The notes: a model not told the origin generated them from the letters alone. 64,000 nucleotides of DNA from Centroscyllium fabricii (GCA_051313645.2 JBNRSN020000003.1:78492001-78556000); one strand, 5' to 3'; shown: positions 11,455-23,651, counted from the first letter of the stretch. Made by a program: numbers and translations.

Positions 11455-11620
11455 TGCTTAGCAGCACGCATACAATGATTATCAGTATACAAACAATTGT
11501 TATTAGCACGCATACAATGATTCTCAGCATGCATAAAAACGTTATCAGCATGCGTTCAATTATCAACATATGTACAATTATCAGCATGTGCCGTCATTAT
11601 CAGTATACATACAGTGATAC
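11455..11620 (+). repeat. Degenerate ~20-bp tandem repeat
   Basis: Recurring (a)ttatcagcatgc/ttatcagtatac units. Confidence 0.55.
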
Positions 11621-11858
11621 AATCATTACATCCTCTTTACACTCAAATACAGACTGAACACAAGCACCATGATGGTAACTGCCCCAAGCATTCTGAAGTG
11701 GCCCCACAAAGCACTCCATATGCAGAAAACATAACAGACTGGGCCAAATTTCCACTCACAAAACACAAGTTTCTTTTTAACTTAATTATACTAAATAAGT
11801 TAACACACATGCATCCTACAAATAAAATACAACATCTGAAGCTAATCTTCATTTCCAA

Positions 11859-12280
11859 GGGCGGCATGGTGGCACAGTGGTTAGCATTGTTGCCTCACAG
11901 CACTGGAGACCCGGGTTCAAATCCAGCCTCGGGTACTATCTGTGTGGAGTTTGCACATTCTCCCCGTGTCTGCGTGGGTTTCCTCCGGGTGCTCCGGTTT
12001 CCTCCCACAGTCCAAAGATGTGCGGGTTAGGTTGATTGGCCAGGATAAATTGACCCTTAGTGTTAGGGGGATTGAATGTGTGGGGTTATGGGGGATTGAA
12101 TGTGTGGGGTTATGGGGATAGGGTGGGATATGTGTTGATGCAGGCTCGATAGGGATCGAGGGATATGGGGAGAGGGCAGGGGCGGGATACTGGGTTTGGA
12201 TGATCAGCCATGGTCTCATTGAATGGCGGAGCAGGCTCGAAGGGCCGAATGGCCTACTCCTGCTCCTAGTTTCTATGTTT
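11859..12280 (+). mobile_element. HE1-like V-SINE with CR1-derived tail
   Basis: tRNA head with GGTTCAAATCC B-box; V-domain tgtgtggagtttgcacattctccccgtgtctgcgtgggtttcctccgggtgctccggtttcctcccacagtccaaaga; CR1-type 3' stem-loop tail. Confidence 0.9.
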
Positions 12281-12808
12281 CATTTCACATCAGACCTGTG
12301 TAACTCGCATCGTGAGTTGTGCAGTTTCCTTCATTTGTGGAATAAGCACTGTGCTTTCTAATGAGTGGTCGCCAGTAGCCGTCTGTGGTTTTAATGTCCC
12401 AGCTCCACATTCAGATAAGTATTTTTTTTAAGCTTGCCTTTTTGGTGGCACCCACTGCCCGCCAAATTGGACGCCTGTAAAATGGGCGCAGCATCATCGA
12501 ATTTCAAGGCCCATACATTAGAGTATGTACAATTCACTATTTCAAAACTTCTTTAAAATATATCTTAATGTGACCATGTGATGCAACTTAATGGTGTGCT
12601 CACTAGCGCTGGGCACCAGGGAGTGGATACGCCCTTTCATTGTACTTTAAACCATAAACTACAAAATAATGCGATGTGGTTTATATTAGTACAGTATTTC
12701 AATAAAGAGAAAAAGACTTGCATTTATAAAGTGCCTTTCACGACCTCAGGATGTCCCAAAGCACTTTACAACCAATTAAATACTTTTGAAGTGTAGTCAT
12801 TGTTGAGA

Positions 12809-13298
12809 GGCGGTAGCGTAGTGGTTATGTCACCAGACTAGTAAGCCAGAAGCTCAGTCATAATGCTCTGAGGATATGGGTTCAAATCCCAGCACGGCAG
12901 CTGGTGGAATTTAAATTCAATTCAATTTAATTCTGGAATTAAATGTTAGTCTTAGTAATGGCGACCATGATACCATTGTCGATTGTTGCAAAAACCCAAC
13001 TGGTTCACTAATGTCCTTTAGGGAAGGAAATCTGCCGTCCTTACCGGGTCTGGCCTACATGTGACTCCAGACCCACAGCAATGTGGTTGACTCTTAATGC
13101 CCTCTGAAATGGCCTAGCAAGCCACTCAGTTGTAAACAGTTGCTGCGCAACATTGTGGGTGTACCTATACTATACGGACTGCAGCGGTTCAAGGCGGCAG
13201 CTCACCACCATCTTCTCGAGGGCAATTAGGGATGGGCACTAAGTGCAGGCCTAGCCAGCCAGCGACGCCCACATTCCATCACCGAATAATTAAAAAAA
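12809..13298 (+). mobile_element. tRNA-headed bipartite SINE, internal-deletion derivative of the LINE at 41514-44803
   Basis: 12809-13135 matches the LINE 5' leader (44803-44482); ~13150-13298 matches the LINE 3' end (41663-41514) plus A-tail; inserted in a SacSINE1-like tail. Confidence 0.88.
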
Positions 13299-13327
13299 GA
13301 TGTAGGAATTGTGGCAGCCAATTTGCA

Positions 13328-15290
13328 TACATAAGAAATAGGAGCAGGAGCAGGCCATTCGGCCCTTCGAGCCTGCTCTACCATTCAATAAGATCATGGC
13401 TGATCAAGAATTCAAGAGAATTCAGGCCTAGTTTACTCAATCTCTTCTCATACGACAGTCCCACCATCCCAGGAATCAATCTTGTGAACCTTCATTGCAC
13501 TCCCTCTATGGCAGGTATATCCTTCCTTGGGTAAGGAGACCAAAATTGTACACAGTACTCCAGGTGTGGCCCTATATAATTGGAGTAAGACTTCTTACTC
13601 TTATACTCAAATCATCTTGTAATGAAAGCCAGCATACCATTTTGCCTTCCTAATGGCTTTTTGCACCTGCACATTCACTTTCAGTGCCTCATGTACAAGG
13701 ACACCCAGGTCCCTTTGAGCATCTGCATTCCCCAATCTTACACCATTTAGGAAATATTGTGCCTTTCTGTTTTTTCTACCCAAGTGGATAACTTCACATT
13801 TATCCACATTACAATCCATCTGCCATGTTCTCGCCCACTCACTGAGCCTGTCGAAATCCCCTTGAAGCCTCTTCACATCCTCTTCGCACCTGACACTGCC
13901 ACCTAGCTTTGTGTCATCAGCAAATTTAGTCCCCTCATCCAAATCATTGATATAGATTGTGAATCGCTGGGGCCCAAGCACCGATCCTTACAGTACCCCA
14001 CTAGTCACAGCCTGCCATCCTGAAAAAGACCCGTTTATCCCTATTCTTTGTTTTCTGTCTGTTAACCAATTCTCAATCCATGCTAGTACAGGTTGTGCAC
14101 CATTAATCCGCCACGGGCGGGACCAGGCCCGTGCCGGGAAATGGAAAAAACCGGGAGAACGAGGTTGGACACTGCGCATGCGCACCATTCAAAATGGCCG
14201 CGCGCATGCGTGCAGCATTGGTATTGGCTGGCGCGCGCATGCGCAGATCGTCCAATATTGGCCGCCGCAAAGTTTTTTGATGGGCTCAGGCTTTTGTGGC
14301 GTTCCGTTTAGGTTTTAGGGCTGTCGGGCAGCAGTGAAAGGCCGGTCTTGCAGGGGGGGAGGGAGGGTGGCGCGGGTCGGGTCCAGTAGGTCCGCCTTCC
14401 CTCGCCATCGCCGGGTTGCTGCTGCTGCCGTGACGGGAGCCCGGACTCGGGCTAACAGCTGCTGCCTGTTGACTGTCCGCCTCAGTCAAGGGGCTCAGCT
14501 GCTTGTGCTGAAACCGCAGTCTACTGTTAAACACACTAACCCTCAATTGTAAGAGGTCACACGGCGCCAGGCTGTGGTCCAACGGTTTTAGTTGGGGTCA
14601 CGGGCTATCGGAGCACCGCTTCCCCGTCAGGTGATGGGGGAGCGGCGCTCCGAAGGCCCGTGATTTCGAGTGGGACTTTTGGTCTACAGCCTGGTGCTGT
14701 GTGGCTTCTTACAATTGTCCATCCCAGTCCAACACCAGCACCTCCACATCATGGCTTCAATTACACAGCTATCGATAAAATAACCGGCGGCCGTTTTGAA
14801 TGATCTGCGCATGCGCTCTCCGTTCATTGGCGCATGCGCAGATCATTCGCCGAAGCCGCGATGGCGGCTGCCATCTTGCGCATGCGCAGTGCAGTCGGGG
14901 CAATTTGTGCCGGCAGACTGAAGCTGCCGGCTATTCGGGACACGGATTAACGGTGCTCAACCTGTATATTACCCCCAATTTCATGTGCCCTAACTCTGTT
15001 CACCAACCTCTTGTGTGGGGCCTTATCGAAGACCTTCTGAAAATCCAGATACACCACATCTACTGGTTTCCCTTTGTCTACTCCACTAGTTAAATCCTCA
15101 AAGAACTCCAATAGGTTTGTCAAACAGGATTTCCCTTTCATAAATCCATGTTGACTCTGCCCAATCTTACTATTAGTTTCTAAGTGCTCGGTTATTGCAT
15201 CCTTTATAATAGAATCCAGCATTTTCCCAACTACTGATGTGAGGCCAACAGGTCTGTAGTTCCCCGTTTTCTCTCTCCCTCCTTTCTTAC
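13328..15290 (-). mobile_element. CR1 LINE fragment (RT region to 3' end), interrupted by MITE B
   Basis: [44 protein letters not shown]; 3' stem-loop and tail at 13328-13400. Confidence 0.9.
14089..14964 (+). mobile_element. Tigger/pogo-like MITE, copy B
   Basis: TIRs CAGGTTGTGCACCATTAATCCG / CGGATTAACGGTGCTCAACCTG; TA TSD at 14087-88 and 14965-66; CR1 flanks rejoin (catgctagta|tattaccccc). Confidence 0.88.
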
Positions 15291-15648
15291 AGGAAGAGAC
15301 ACAAATTTAATTTTGCCCTGTTAAATATTACCTGTTTTAAGAAAAAATGAACTTTATAGTGCCTCATCACATCATTGAAAAGCACATCTGAGCCAATTAA
15401 TTTGAGGCGCACTCCCTTTCGCACAAGGTCCCAACAGCAATGAGATGGATAGATGTGCAGATGGCCAAGGGAGGAATGTTGGCCATGGTGTGGGGAGAAC
15501 TTCCTACTCTTCTTCGGTGATGTACGTCCACCCGAACCACTAGAATGGTTTACAATAGCAAAATACTGCGGATGCTGGAAATCCGAAATAACAACAGAAA
15601 ATGCTGGAAAAACTCAGCAGGCCAGGCATATTGGTGGAGAGAGGAGCA

Positions 15649-15687
15649 GAGTTAAAGTTTCAGGTCGAAGACCTTTCATCAGAACTG
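15649..15687 (-). ncRNA. Minimal type I hammerhead ribozyme (PLE terminal repeat)
   Basis: Reverse complement: cagtt CTGATGA aaggtc ttc gacct GAAAC tttaactc. Confidence 0.7.
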
Positions 15688-16033
15688 GATAAAAACAGGA
15701 AATGGAAAGCAAGTTTAGGGGCTGGAAAAAGGGAAGGTCAGTGATAGGATAGAAAGCAGGAGAGATTAAGAGACATTGCGAGACATTAATAGATATTCAA
15801 GGCGAGAGGAGGTGGTAATGGGACAGGTTAAGGAACAAAAGATGGCTCTAGATGGGGTGTGAATTGCGCTGGCAGAATGAAGGACAGCTTCCGTGTGGGA
15901 GGGAAGAAGAAAAAAATGAAAATATATATATGCGATAGGGGCCGAGGTTATGATCTGAAATTGTTGAACTCTATGTTGAGTCCAGAGGGCTGTAGAGTGC
16001 CTAATCGAAAGATGAGGTGCTGCTCCTCGAGCT

Positions 16034-16338
16034 GGGCGGCACGGTGGCATAGTAGTTAGCACTGTTGCCTCACAGTGCCAGGGTTCAAATCCGGCCTCGG
16101 GTACTATCTGTGTGGAGTTTGCACATTCTCCCCGTGTCTGCGTGGGTTTCCTCCGGGTGCTCCGGTTTCCTCCCACAGTCCAAAGATGTGCGGGTTAGGT
16201 TGATTGACCACGATAAATTGACCCTCAGTGTCAGGGGGATTAAATATGTGGGGTTACGGGGGTAGGGTGGGATATGTGTCGGTGCAGGCTCGATGGGCCG
16301 AAATGGCCTCTACCTGCACTGCAGGGATTCTATGATTC
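16034..16338 (+). mobile_element. HE1-like V-SINE nested in PLE
   Basis: tRNA head, V-domain, tail ggtgcaggctcgatgggccgaaatggcctct..ctgcactg..gattctatgattct. Confidence 0.9.
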
Positions 16339-17011
16339 TTACACTGAGCTTCCGTGGAACAATGCAAGAGGCCGAGGACGGTGAGGTCTGAGTGTGAATG
16401 GAGCGATGAATTAAATTGACAGGCCACTGGGAGCTCGGGGTCCCCCTTACGGACTCAACGGAAGTGTTCCGCAAAGCGGTCACCCTATCTGCATTTGGTC
16501 TCTCCGATGAAGAGGAGACCACATCGTGAGCAGCGAATACAGTATATTAAACTGCAAGTAGTACAAGTAAATCGCTGTTTCACCTGGAAGAAATGTTTGG
16601 GCCCTGGACAGTGGGAAGGGGAGGTATAAGGGCATGTGCTGCATCTCCTGCGCTTGCACGGGAAGGTGCCGGGCGAAGGGGAAGGGGTGCTGGGGGTGGT
16701 AGAGGAGTGGACTAGGGTGTCTCGGAGGGAGCGGTCCCTACAGAATGCTGAAATGGGAGGTGATGGGACGATGCATTTGGTGGTGGGATCACGCTGGAGG
16801 TGGCAGAAATGGCGGAGGATGATCCGTTGAATGTGGAGGCTGGTGGGGTGAAAGGTGAGGACAAGGGGAGCTATATCATAGTTCCGGGAGGATGGGGCAG
16901 GGGTGAGGGCAGTAGTGCGGGAGATAGAACAGACACGGTCGGGGGCCATGTGAACCACAGTAGAGGGGAATCCTCGGTTGAGGAAAAAGGAAGACATGTC
17001 AGAAGCACTGG

Positions 17012-17258
17012 TGTGATGATATTGAGACTTCCGGCAGAAAGTCTGATGAACTCTGCATATGAACTTCCAGTGACATCATTTCCTGTATACATGTCACTTC
17101 CTGTATATACGTCACTTCCTGTCTAGTAGTATAAATTCTGCTGCTATCCAGTCTGAGATGATGCTTCCCTATGTAAGCATGTTAAACTCTAACTCTGTAA
17201 ATAGTTGATTAAAGCTTTGCTTAAAGTTATTGATGTGTAAGTCGCTTTTGTCACATCA
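17012..17258 (+). mobile_element. Solo LTR (247 bp) nested in PLE
   Basis: TG..CA ends; 5-bp TSD ACTGG at 17007-17011 and 17259-17263; TATAAA at ~17130; ATTAAA at ~17208; repeated GTCACTTCCTGT motifs. Confidence 0.8.
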
Positions 17259-18007
17259 ACTGGTATGGAAGGTGGCATCGTCAGAGCAGATGCGGCGGAG
17301 ATGGAGAAATTGGGAGAATGAAATAGAGTCCTTACAGGAGGCGGGGTGGGAGGAAGTGTAGTCCAGGTAGCTGTGGGAGTCAGTGGGCTTGTAGTGAATG
17401 TTGGTCAATAACCTATCCCCAAAGATGGAGGCGGAGAAGTCGAGGAAGCGAAGGGAAGAGTCAGAGATGGACCATGTGAAGGTGAGGGAAGGGTGGAAAT
17501 TGGAAGCAAAGTGAATGAAATTTTCTAGTACAGGGCGAGAGCAGGAGACGGCACTGATACAGTCATCAATGTACCGGAAAAAGAGGTGAGGGAGGGGACC
17601 TGAGTAGGAATGGAACAAAGAGTGTTCCACATATCCCACGAAAAGGCAGGCATAGCTAGGGCCCATGCAGGTACCCATAGCAACATCTTTGATTTGGAGG
17701 AAATGAGTGGACTCAAAGGAGAAGTTGTTCAAAGTGAGAACAAGTTCAGCCAGGCGGAGGAGGGTGGTGGTGGATGGGGACTGGTTGGGCCTCTGTTCAA
17801 GGAAGAAGCGGAGCGGCCTCAGGCCATCCTGGTGAGGGATGGAGGTGTAGAGGGATTGGACGTCCATAGTGAAAAGGAGGTGGTTGGGGTTGGGAAACTG
17901 TTAAAGTGGCGGAGGGCGTCGGAAGAGTCACGGATGTAGGTGGGAGGAGACTGGACGCTAAACTTTTCCCAGCCCCTAAACTTGCTTTCCATTTCCTGCT
18001 TTTTTCT

Positions 18008-18046
18008 CAGTTCTGATGAAAGGTCTTCGACCCGAAACGGTAACTG
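18008..18046 (+). ncRNA. Minimal type I hammerhead ribozyme (inverted PLE terminal repeat)
   Basis: cagtt-CTGATGA-aaggtc-ttc-gaccc-GAAAC-ggt-aactg; stem I cagtt/aactg and both catalytic boxes are intact. Confidence 0.72.
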
Positions 18047-18599
18047 TTTCTCTCTCCAAGAATGTTGCCTGGCCTGCTGAGTTTTTCCAGCGTTTTCTGT
18101 TATTATTTCACTAGAATGGTTTAATATCTTATCTCCAGGATGGCACTGCCAACAGTGCAGCACTCCCTCAGCACTGCACTAAAATGTCAGCCTAGATTAT
18201 GTGCTCAAGGCCCGGACTGGAACTCGAACCCACATCCTTCTGACTCAGATACAAGAGTGGTAGCAACTGAGCCAAGTTGACAGCCAATACTCAAATCTCC
18301 TGAAACCCAAACTCTTAATTCTACTATGCATCTACAAATTATATGCACAAAATTATGGTTTCAAGTAAATCAGATTAACAACTGGATCAGTTCCAGTCAC
18401 TGCAGTCTGCAGTGTATTTTTTCATAAATAAAAACCACAACAGCTTGCACCTTTAGCGTTAAGAATAACATCCCAAACAGGCTTAAGGAAAATGGATACT
18501 AAGTCAAGAAGGAATGACCAAAAGCTTGGGTGAAGAGGTGAGGAGGCTTTTAAAGAGGGAAAAGAGAAGTGGAATGGCAGGAGGTTTAGGGATGCAATT

Positions 18600-18880
18600 C
18601 CAGAGAGTTAGTCACAGTGGCAGCACTCGCACCTCTGAGTTAGAAGATTGTGGGTTCAAGGCCCACCAGAGACTTGAGTGCATAATATAGGAGGCACCAT
18701 CTTTTGGATGAGATGCTGAACAGAAGTCCCATCTGCCCCCCCACCCCCGCCACGCCAGGTGGTTGTAAAGTATCCCATGGCACTATTTTGAAGAGGAGCA
18801 AGGGGGTGTCCCGGGGTACTGGCCAACATTTATCCCCCCGATCAACAGCAGTAATGACAGATTTGGGGTGATTTGGCCGA
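18600..18880 (+). mobile_element. SacSINE1/Deu-SINE-like element, degenerate
   Basis: tRNA head gggttcaaggcccac; ggcaccatcttttggatgagatg..cccatggcactattttgaagaggagcaagggg. Confidence 0.65.
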
Positions 18881-19117
18881 AACTGGGCAAGTGAGCCTGA
18901 AACCAATGAAGCTCTGACGCATTCAGTCTTATCTCCAGAAGATACAAAACACAAATCTAGTCTACATCCACTGTAAGATACAAGATGAAAGCCATCTTCA
19001 AATAAACAGACAAAGCAAAAATCATATACAAGCTTCAGAATATCAAAAGTAACGCAAATTCCTCTAAAACAGAAACTAAAGCATTACATAAATGTTCAAA
19101 CGATATAAACGATATAG

Positions 19118-19432
19118 GGTGGCACGGTGGCATAGTGATTAGCACTGTTGCTTCACAGTGCCAGGGGCCCGGGTTCAAATCCAGCCTCGGGTGACTATCT
19201 GTGTGGAGTTTGCACATTCTCCCCGTGTCTGCGTGGGTTTCCTCCGGGTGCTCCGGTTTCCTCCCACAGTCCAAAGATGAGCGGGTTAGGTTGATTGGCC
19301 ATGATAAATTGACCCTTAGTGTTAGGGGGATTAAATATGTGGGGTTACGGGGATAGGGTGGAAATGTGTCGGTGCAGGCTCGATGGGCCGAAATGGCCTC
19401 TATCTGCACTGTAGGGGTTCTATGATTCTATG
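19118..19432 (+). mobile_element. HE1-like V-SINE
   Basis: Full tRNA head, V-domain and TTCTATGA tail. Confidence 0.9.
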
Positions 19433-20694
19433 AAATCATCTAAATATCACATGACTGCAATGGAATTATAGTCCAATATAGTTCCTATGCTTTCCACTAA
19501 TGTGATATTTAGCTGTGTATAACCCTAATTGTTACACGAACCACAAAGTACAAGACCATCATTGAACACATATTTGGAATGTGGCCTTCGCAAACCAAAA
19601 CACAAGTCAACAAAGCCTTGGAATTCTCTGCCAAGCTGCGAGGAATCTTTTCCCCAGTAGATGGCAGTGTGGATCTTAATTATGAACCACTCATTTACGT
19701 AGATATCTGGTGTTTTTACAGAACACGACTGTATAGCTTTTTTGTTCAACAACGCAGCTAAATATACTAGGTCTGTCTTAGTTGATGCTCTCACAATTTC
19801 AGCATTTTGTGCACCCATACTGCAATCTCAAAGCCAACAGCAATTTTTCAAATAAATATATTAAGAGAAAGAGAGGTAAAGAGTGTGAGCCCATTAAAGA
19901 CAGATGCAGGTGAGACTATAATGGACAACAAGGAAATAGCAGACTTGTTAAATTAATACATTGTATTTGTTTTCACTGTGGAAGAAGAGGAAAAAATACC
20001 ATTGGTGCAACACTATCTAAAAATAAGTCATGAGGAGTAACTTAATGGAATTACTATAAGTGGAAAAAATGGTCATGGAAAAAAGAATTGTATTAAAAGA
20101 AATAAGCGAGGAAATTGCAGCTGTGTTAGTTAAAATTTTCCAAAGCACCCTAGATCCAGGAATTGTGCCTGTGGATTGGAAAATTGAAAATGTTACTTAT
20201 TCTTTAATGACTGAGGGAGGGGGACACCAGAAAACTACAGGCCATCCGTGCAACATCAGTTGTGGTGAAGTTACTGGAATCTATCATCAGAGACAGTGGA
20301 CAAGCTGAAGGCAGCATAGATTTGGTACGGGTAGGTCATGTCCAACTAGTCCAGTTGAATTTTTTTAGGTGGTCACTGGCATGGTGGATAGGAGAGTATC
20401 TATGGATGCTGTCTATATGGACTTGCAGAAGGCATTTGATAAGGAAGGTTCTGCACAAGAGATGATCAAAAATGAAATCTCACAAAATTGGATGTAACCA
20501 CGTGACATGGGTTGGAATTGGTTGGCGGGTAGGCCAGAGAGTTGGGATAAAGGGCACGTACACTGATTGGTGGGATATGACACATGGTGTTCCCCTTGGA
20601 TCTGTACTGGGGCCTCAGCTTTTCACCATATATATTAACGACTTGGATGAAGGAATAGAGAGTTGTATATCCAAGTCTGCAGATGACACTAATT

Positions 20695-23364
20695 GGGCTG
20701 TAATTTTCCAGGGGGTTCAGCAGGTGGGATTGGTGGCGGGTCAGGTGGGAAACTAGATTTTTTTGACAGCGGGTCAGGAACCCGCTGTCAACCCGCCACA
20801 ATGGCGCGTCTGTGATCTCAGATCAGACTCGACCCGCAGAGGCAGGCGACCTAATTAAAACAATTATTGGCTTGTTGACAGAAACATAGAAAAATAGGTG
20901 CAGGAGTAGGCCATTCGAGCCTGCTCTGCCGTTCAATATGATCATGGCTGATCCTCTATCTCAATACCATATTCCTACTCTCTCCCCATACTCCTTTGTG
21001 CTTTTTGCATCGAGAAATCTATCTCCTTCTTAAATATATTCAGTGACTTGGCCTCCACGGCCTTCTGTGGTAGAGAATTACAGAGGTTCACCACCCTCTG
21101 AGTGAAGAAATTTCTCCTCATCTCAGTCCTAAATGTCCTACCTCATACCCTAAGACTGTGACCCCTCGTTCTAGACCCCCCAGCCAGGGGAAACATCCTC
21201 CCTGCATCCAGTCTCTGTAGCCCTGTCAGAATTTTATACATTTCAATGAGATCCCCTCTCATTCTTCTAAACTCTAGTGAATACAGGCCTAGTCGACCCA
21301 ATCTCTCCTCATACGACAGTCTTGCCATCCTAGGAATCAGTCTGGTGAACCTTCACTGCACTCCCTCTATGGCAAGTATATCCTTTCTTAGGCAAGGAGA
21401 CCAAAACTGCACACAGTACTCCAGGTGTGGTCTCAGCAAGGCCCTGCACAACTGTAGTAAGACATCCTTGTTCCTGTACTCAAATCTTCTTGCAATGAAG
21501 GCCAACTTACCACTTGCCTTCCTAACTGCTTGCTGCACCTGCGTGTTTGCTTTCAGTGACTGGTGCCTTTGCACATCAGCATTTCCCAATCTAGCACCAT
21601 TTAAATAATTACCTTTCTGTTCTTCGTACCGAAGTGGATAACTTCACATTTAACCACGTTATATTGCATCTGCCACGTATTTGCCCACTCACTCAACTTG
21701 TCTAAATCACCTTGAAGCCTCTTTACATCCTCCTCACAACTCACAATCCCACCTAGTTTCGTGTCGTCAGAAAACTTGGAAATATTACATTTGGTTCCCT
21801 CATCCAAATCATTGATATATAGTGTGAATAGCTGTGACAGGTCCTTAATAATGGTTTTAACCTTAACTGCTCGCCCACCGGGTCTACGCTGCTCGTGGAC
21901 CACATCTGTTAACCTGAGGCAGGAGTTGAATAGCCATTGAATCAGCTGATTAGTTGACAGCTTGAAATGTACTATAAAAGCTCCCACCTCACAGCTGTTC
22001 ACTTTCGAAGCACAGAAACTGTTGCTTACTCCATTTGGAAGACAGATTGAGCTTTATGCAGGCTGCAAGTGTTTGGAGCAAACTCTCCATTCAGTGTCAC
22101 CTCATTGGAACAACCTTTATCAATATTGACTGCTTGCTTCTGTCATCTCAACTTCACCTGCCATCTATCTGCCATTTAGACTGTTTCACCTTGGTCCTCA
22201 GAATCTGACCACGATCAGCCCCAACACCAGCAGCACCAACACCACCAAACTTCTCCGCAATCACCTGATGCTGCACAGGACATGGGGTATCAGCACCCGA
22301 GCACATTGCTGCCCAGGAGGCCAGGGATGGCCTCACCATGGCCAGATTTACTTCACTTGACGCTGTGCACCCTGGCTGCCACATGATGCGCCAGGTTGGC
22401 ACCACCCCACACCAACACCATAAAGCATCCCTACAATGTCCAAGCCATTCCTTTCACACTCATCACCTTTGCAGGGGGTACCGTATGTCTCACCATTCAC
22501 GACAACTCACTAAGCCACTTCCAAAGGTGCACATAAATCTGTCCAAGAACGTAAAGTGTTGTAAATAAAGGTTTCAATGTTTGACAGCACATTAACAGAA
22601 ACTTTACATGAACATTCGATAAACACCGAAGTGACAACCCTTGCGTGTTGTTAATTGGTATGATTGCACTAGGATGAGGCCAAGTGTGAGGGGTGGCGAG
22701 TGAAATGGAGATGTGATAAGGGAGATAGAGAGAGGGATGGGTGGAGGTGCAAGGTAAGTTGGTGTGAGTAAGGATATGCAGGAATAAGGTAGGGAAAGCA
22801 TAGTGATGGGGATGTGACGAGAGGCACAGCAGGATGAAGGTGAATGTGGCTTTGTAATCATGTTTCCTGATCTATTATCATTTAATGCTTTGCGCCACTG
22901 TACCCAGGTCCGCCTGGCGACATCCCTGCTTGTGACCTCCTCTGCAATGTGCCACCAGGCTGTCTTGGTCTTCTGGATAGGTCTCTTCCACCCATTGGAA
23001 GGACAGAGGACTTCCCTGCGTGCTCGGACTCCCTCCATAAACATATGGAGGGAGTCATGGGAGAACCTGGGAGCAGCCCCGCACCTCTATGCAGTGATTG
23101 TCAGTGTTTGCAGCACCTCAATGTTATAGAAACTGTCAGCACAAACGTCAAAAGGTGGCCACGGTCCCTTTAAGGAAACCAGCTCAAGACGCGTCATGAA
23201 TGATGTGATTACACCCGTTCCATCTAATTGGGCCAGGAAATGCGCTGGGTGGGCTTAACAAGCCTCATTGAGGCAAGTTCAGTTTAGGCAGTGGGATGGA
23301 GCCAGCAGCGGGGCCGCAACCCGTCACCACCACCGGCCATGCCGAGGTGAGCAAAATCTTGGTC
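20695..23364 (-). mobile_element. Degenerate Harbinger-type element with Myb/SANT remnant (22860-23090, minus strand)
   Basis: Ends gggctgtaattttcc / gcaaaatcttggtc interrupt CR1 RT at ADDT|KLG; APRFSHDSL..MEGVRARREVLCPSNGWKRP..WWHIAEEVTSRDVARRTWVQWRKALND. Confidence 0.65.
20882..21834 (-). mobile_element. CR1 LINE 3' fragment nested in the Harbinger element
   Basis: [29 protein letters not shown]; 6-bp TSD TGACAG at 20876-20881 and 21835-21840. Confidence 0.9.
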
Positions 23365-23651
23365 AAAGTTAGGAGACACAGTAAGTTGTGTAGATGGAAG
23401 CAGGAATTTACAATGGGACATAGTCAGACTAAGTGAGTGGACAAAACTTTGACAGATGGAATTCAATGTGGGGAATGTGAGGTCATCCATTTGGATCTGA
23501 GAAAGACAAATTGGAATATTTTCTTAAGGGGAGAGATTAGGAACTGTGGAGGAGCAAAGGAATTTGTGTGTTCATGTACACAAATCACTAAAAGCTAGTG
23601 CACAGGGACAAAATGCAAGATAAAAGTCTAATGGAATGTTGGCCTTTATCT

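Larger units (their letters stand above)
15553..18108 (-). mobile_element. Penelope-like element (RT + GIY-YIG), 5'-truncated, with inverted terminal repeat
   Basis: RT MDVQSLYTSIPH..AMGT..FRYIDD (17256-17867); GIY-YIG LIYCIRCSRCGLLFIGETK (16485-16997); ~15586-15730 inverted at ~17963-18108; 15-bp TSD CACTAGAATGGTTTA at 15538-15552 and 18109-18123 within a SacSINE1-like host. Confidence 0.9.

Noticed and set aside
15553-18108. DNA transposon with long TIRs
   Set aside because: The interior encodes Penelope RT and GIY-YIG; the inverted repeat is the PLE terminal repeat.
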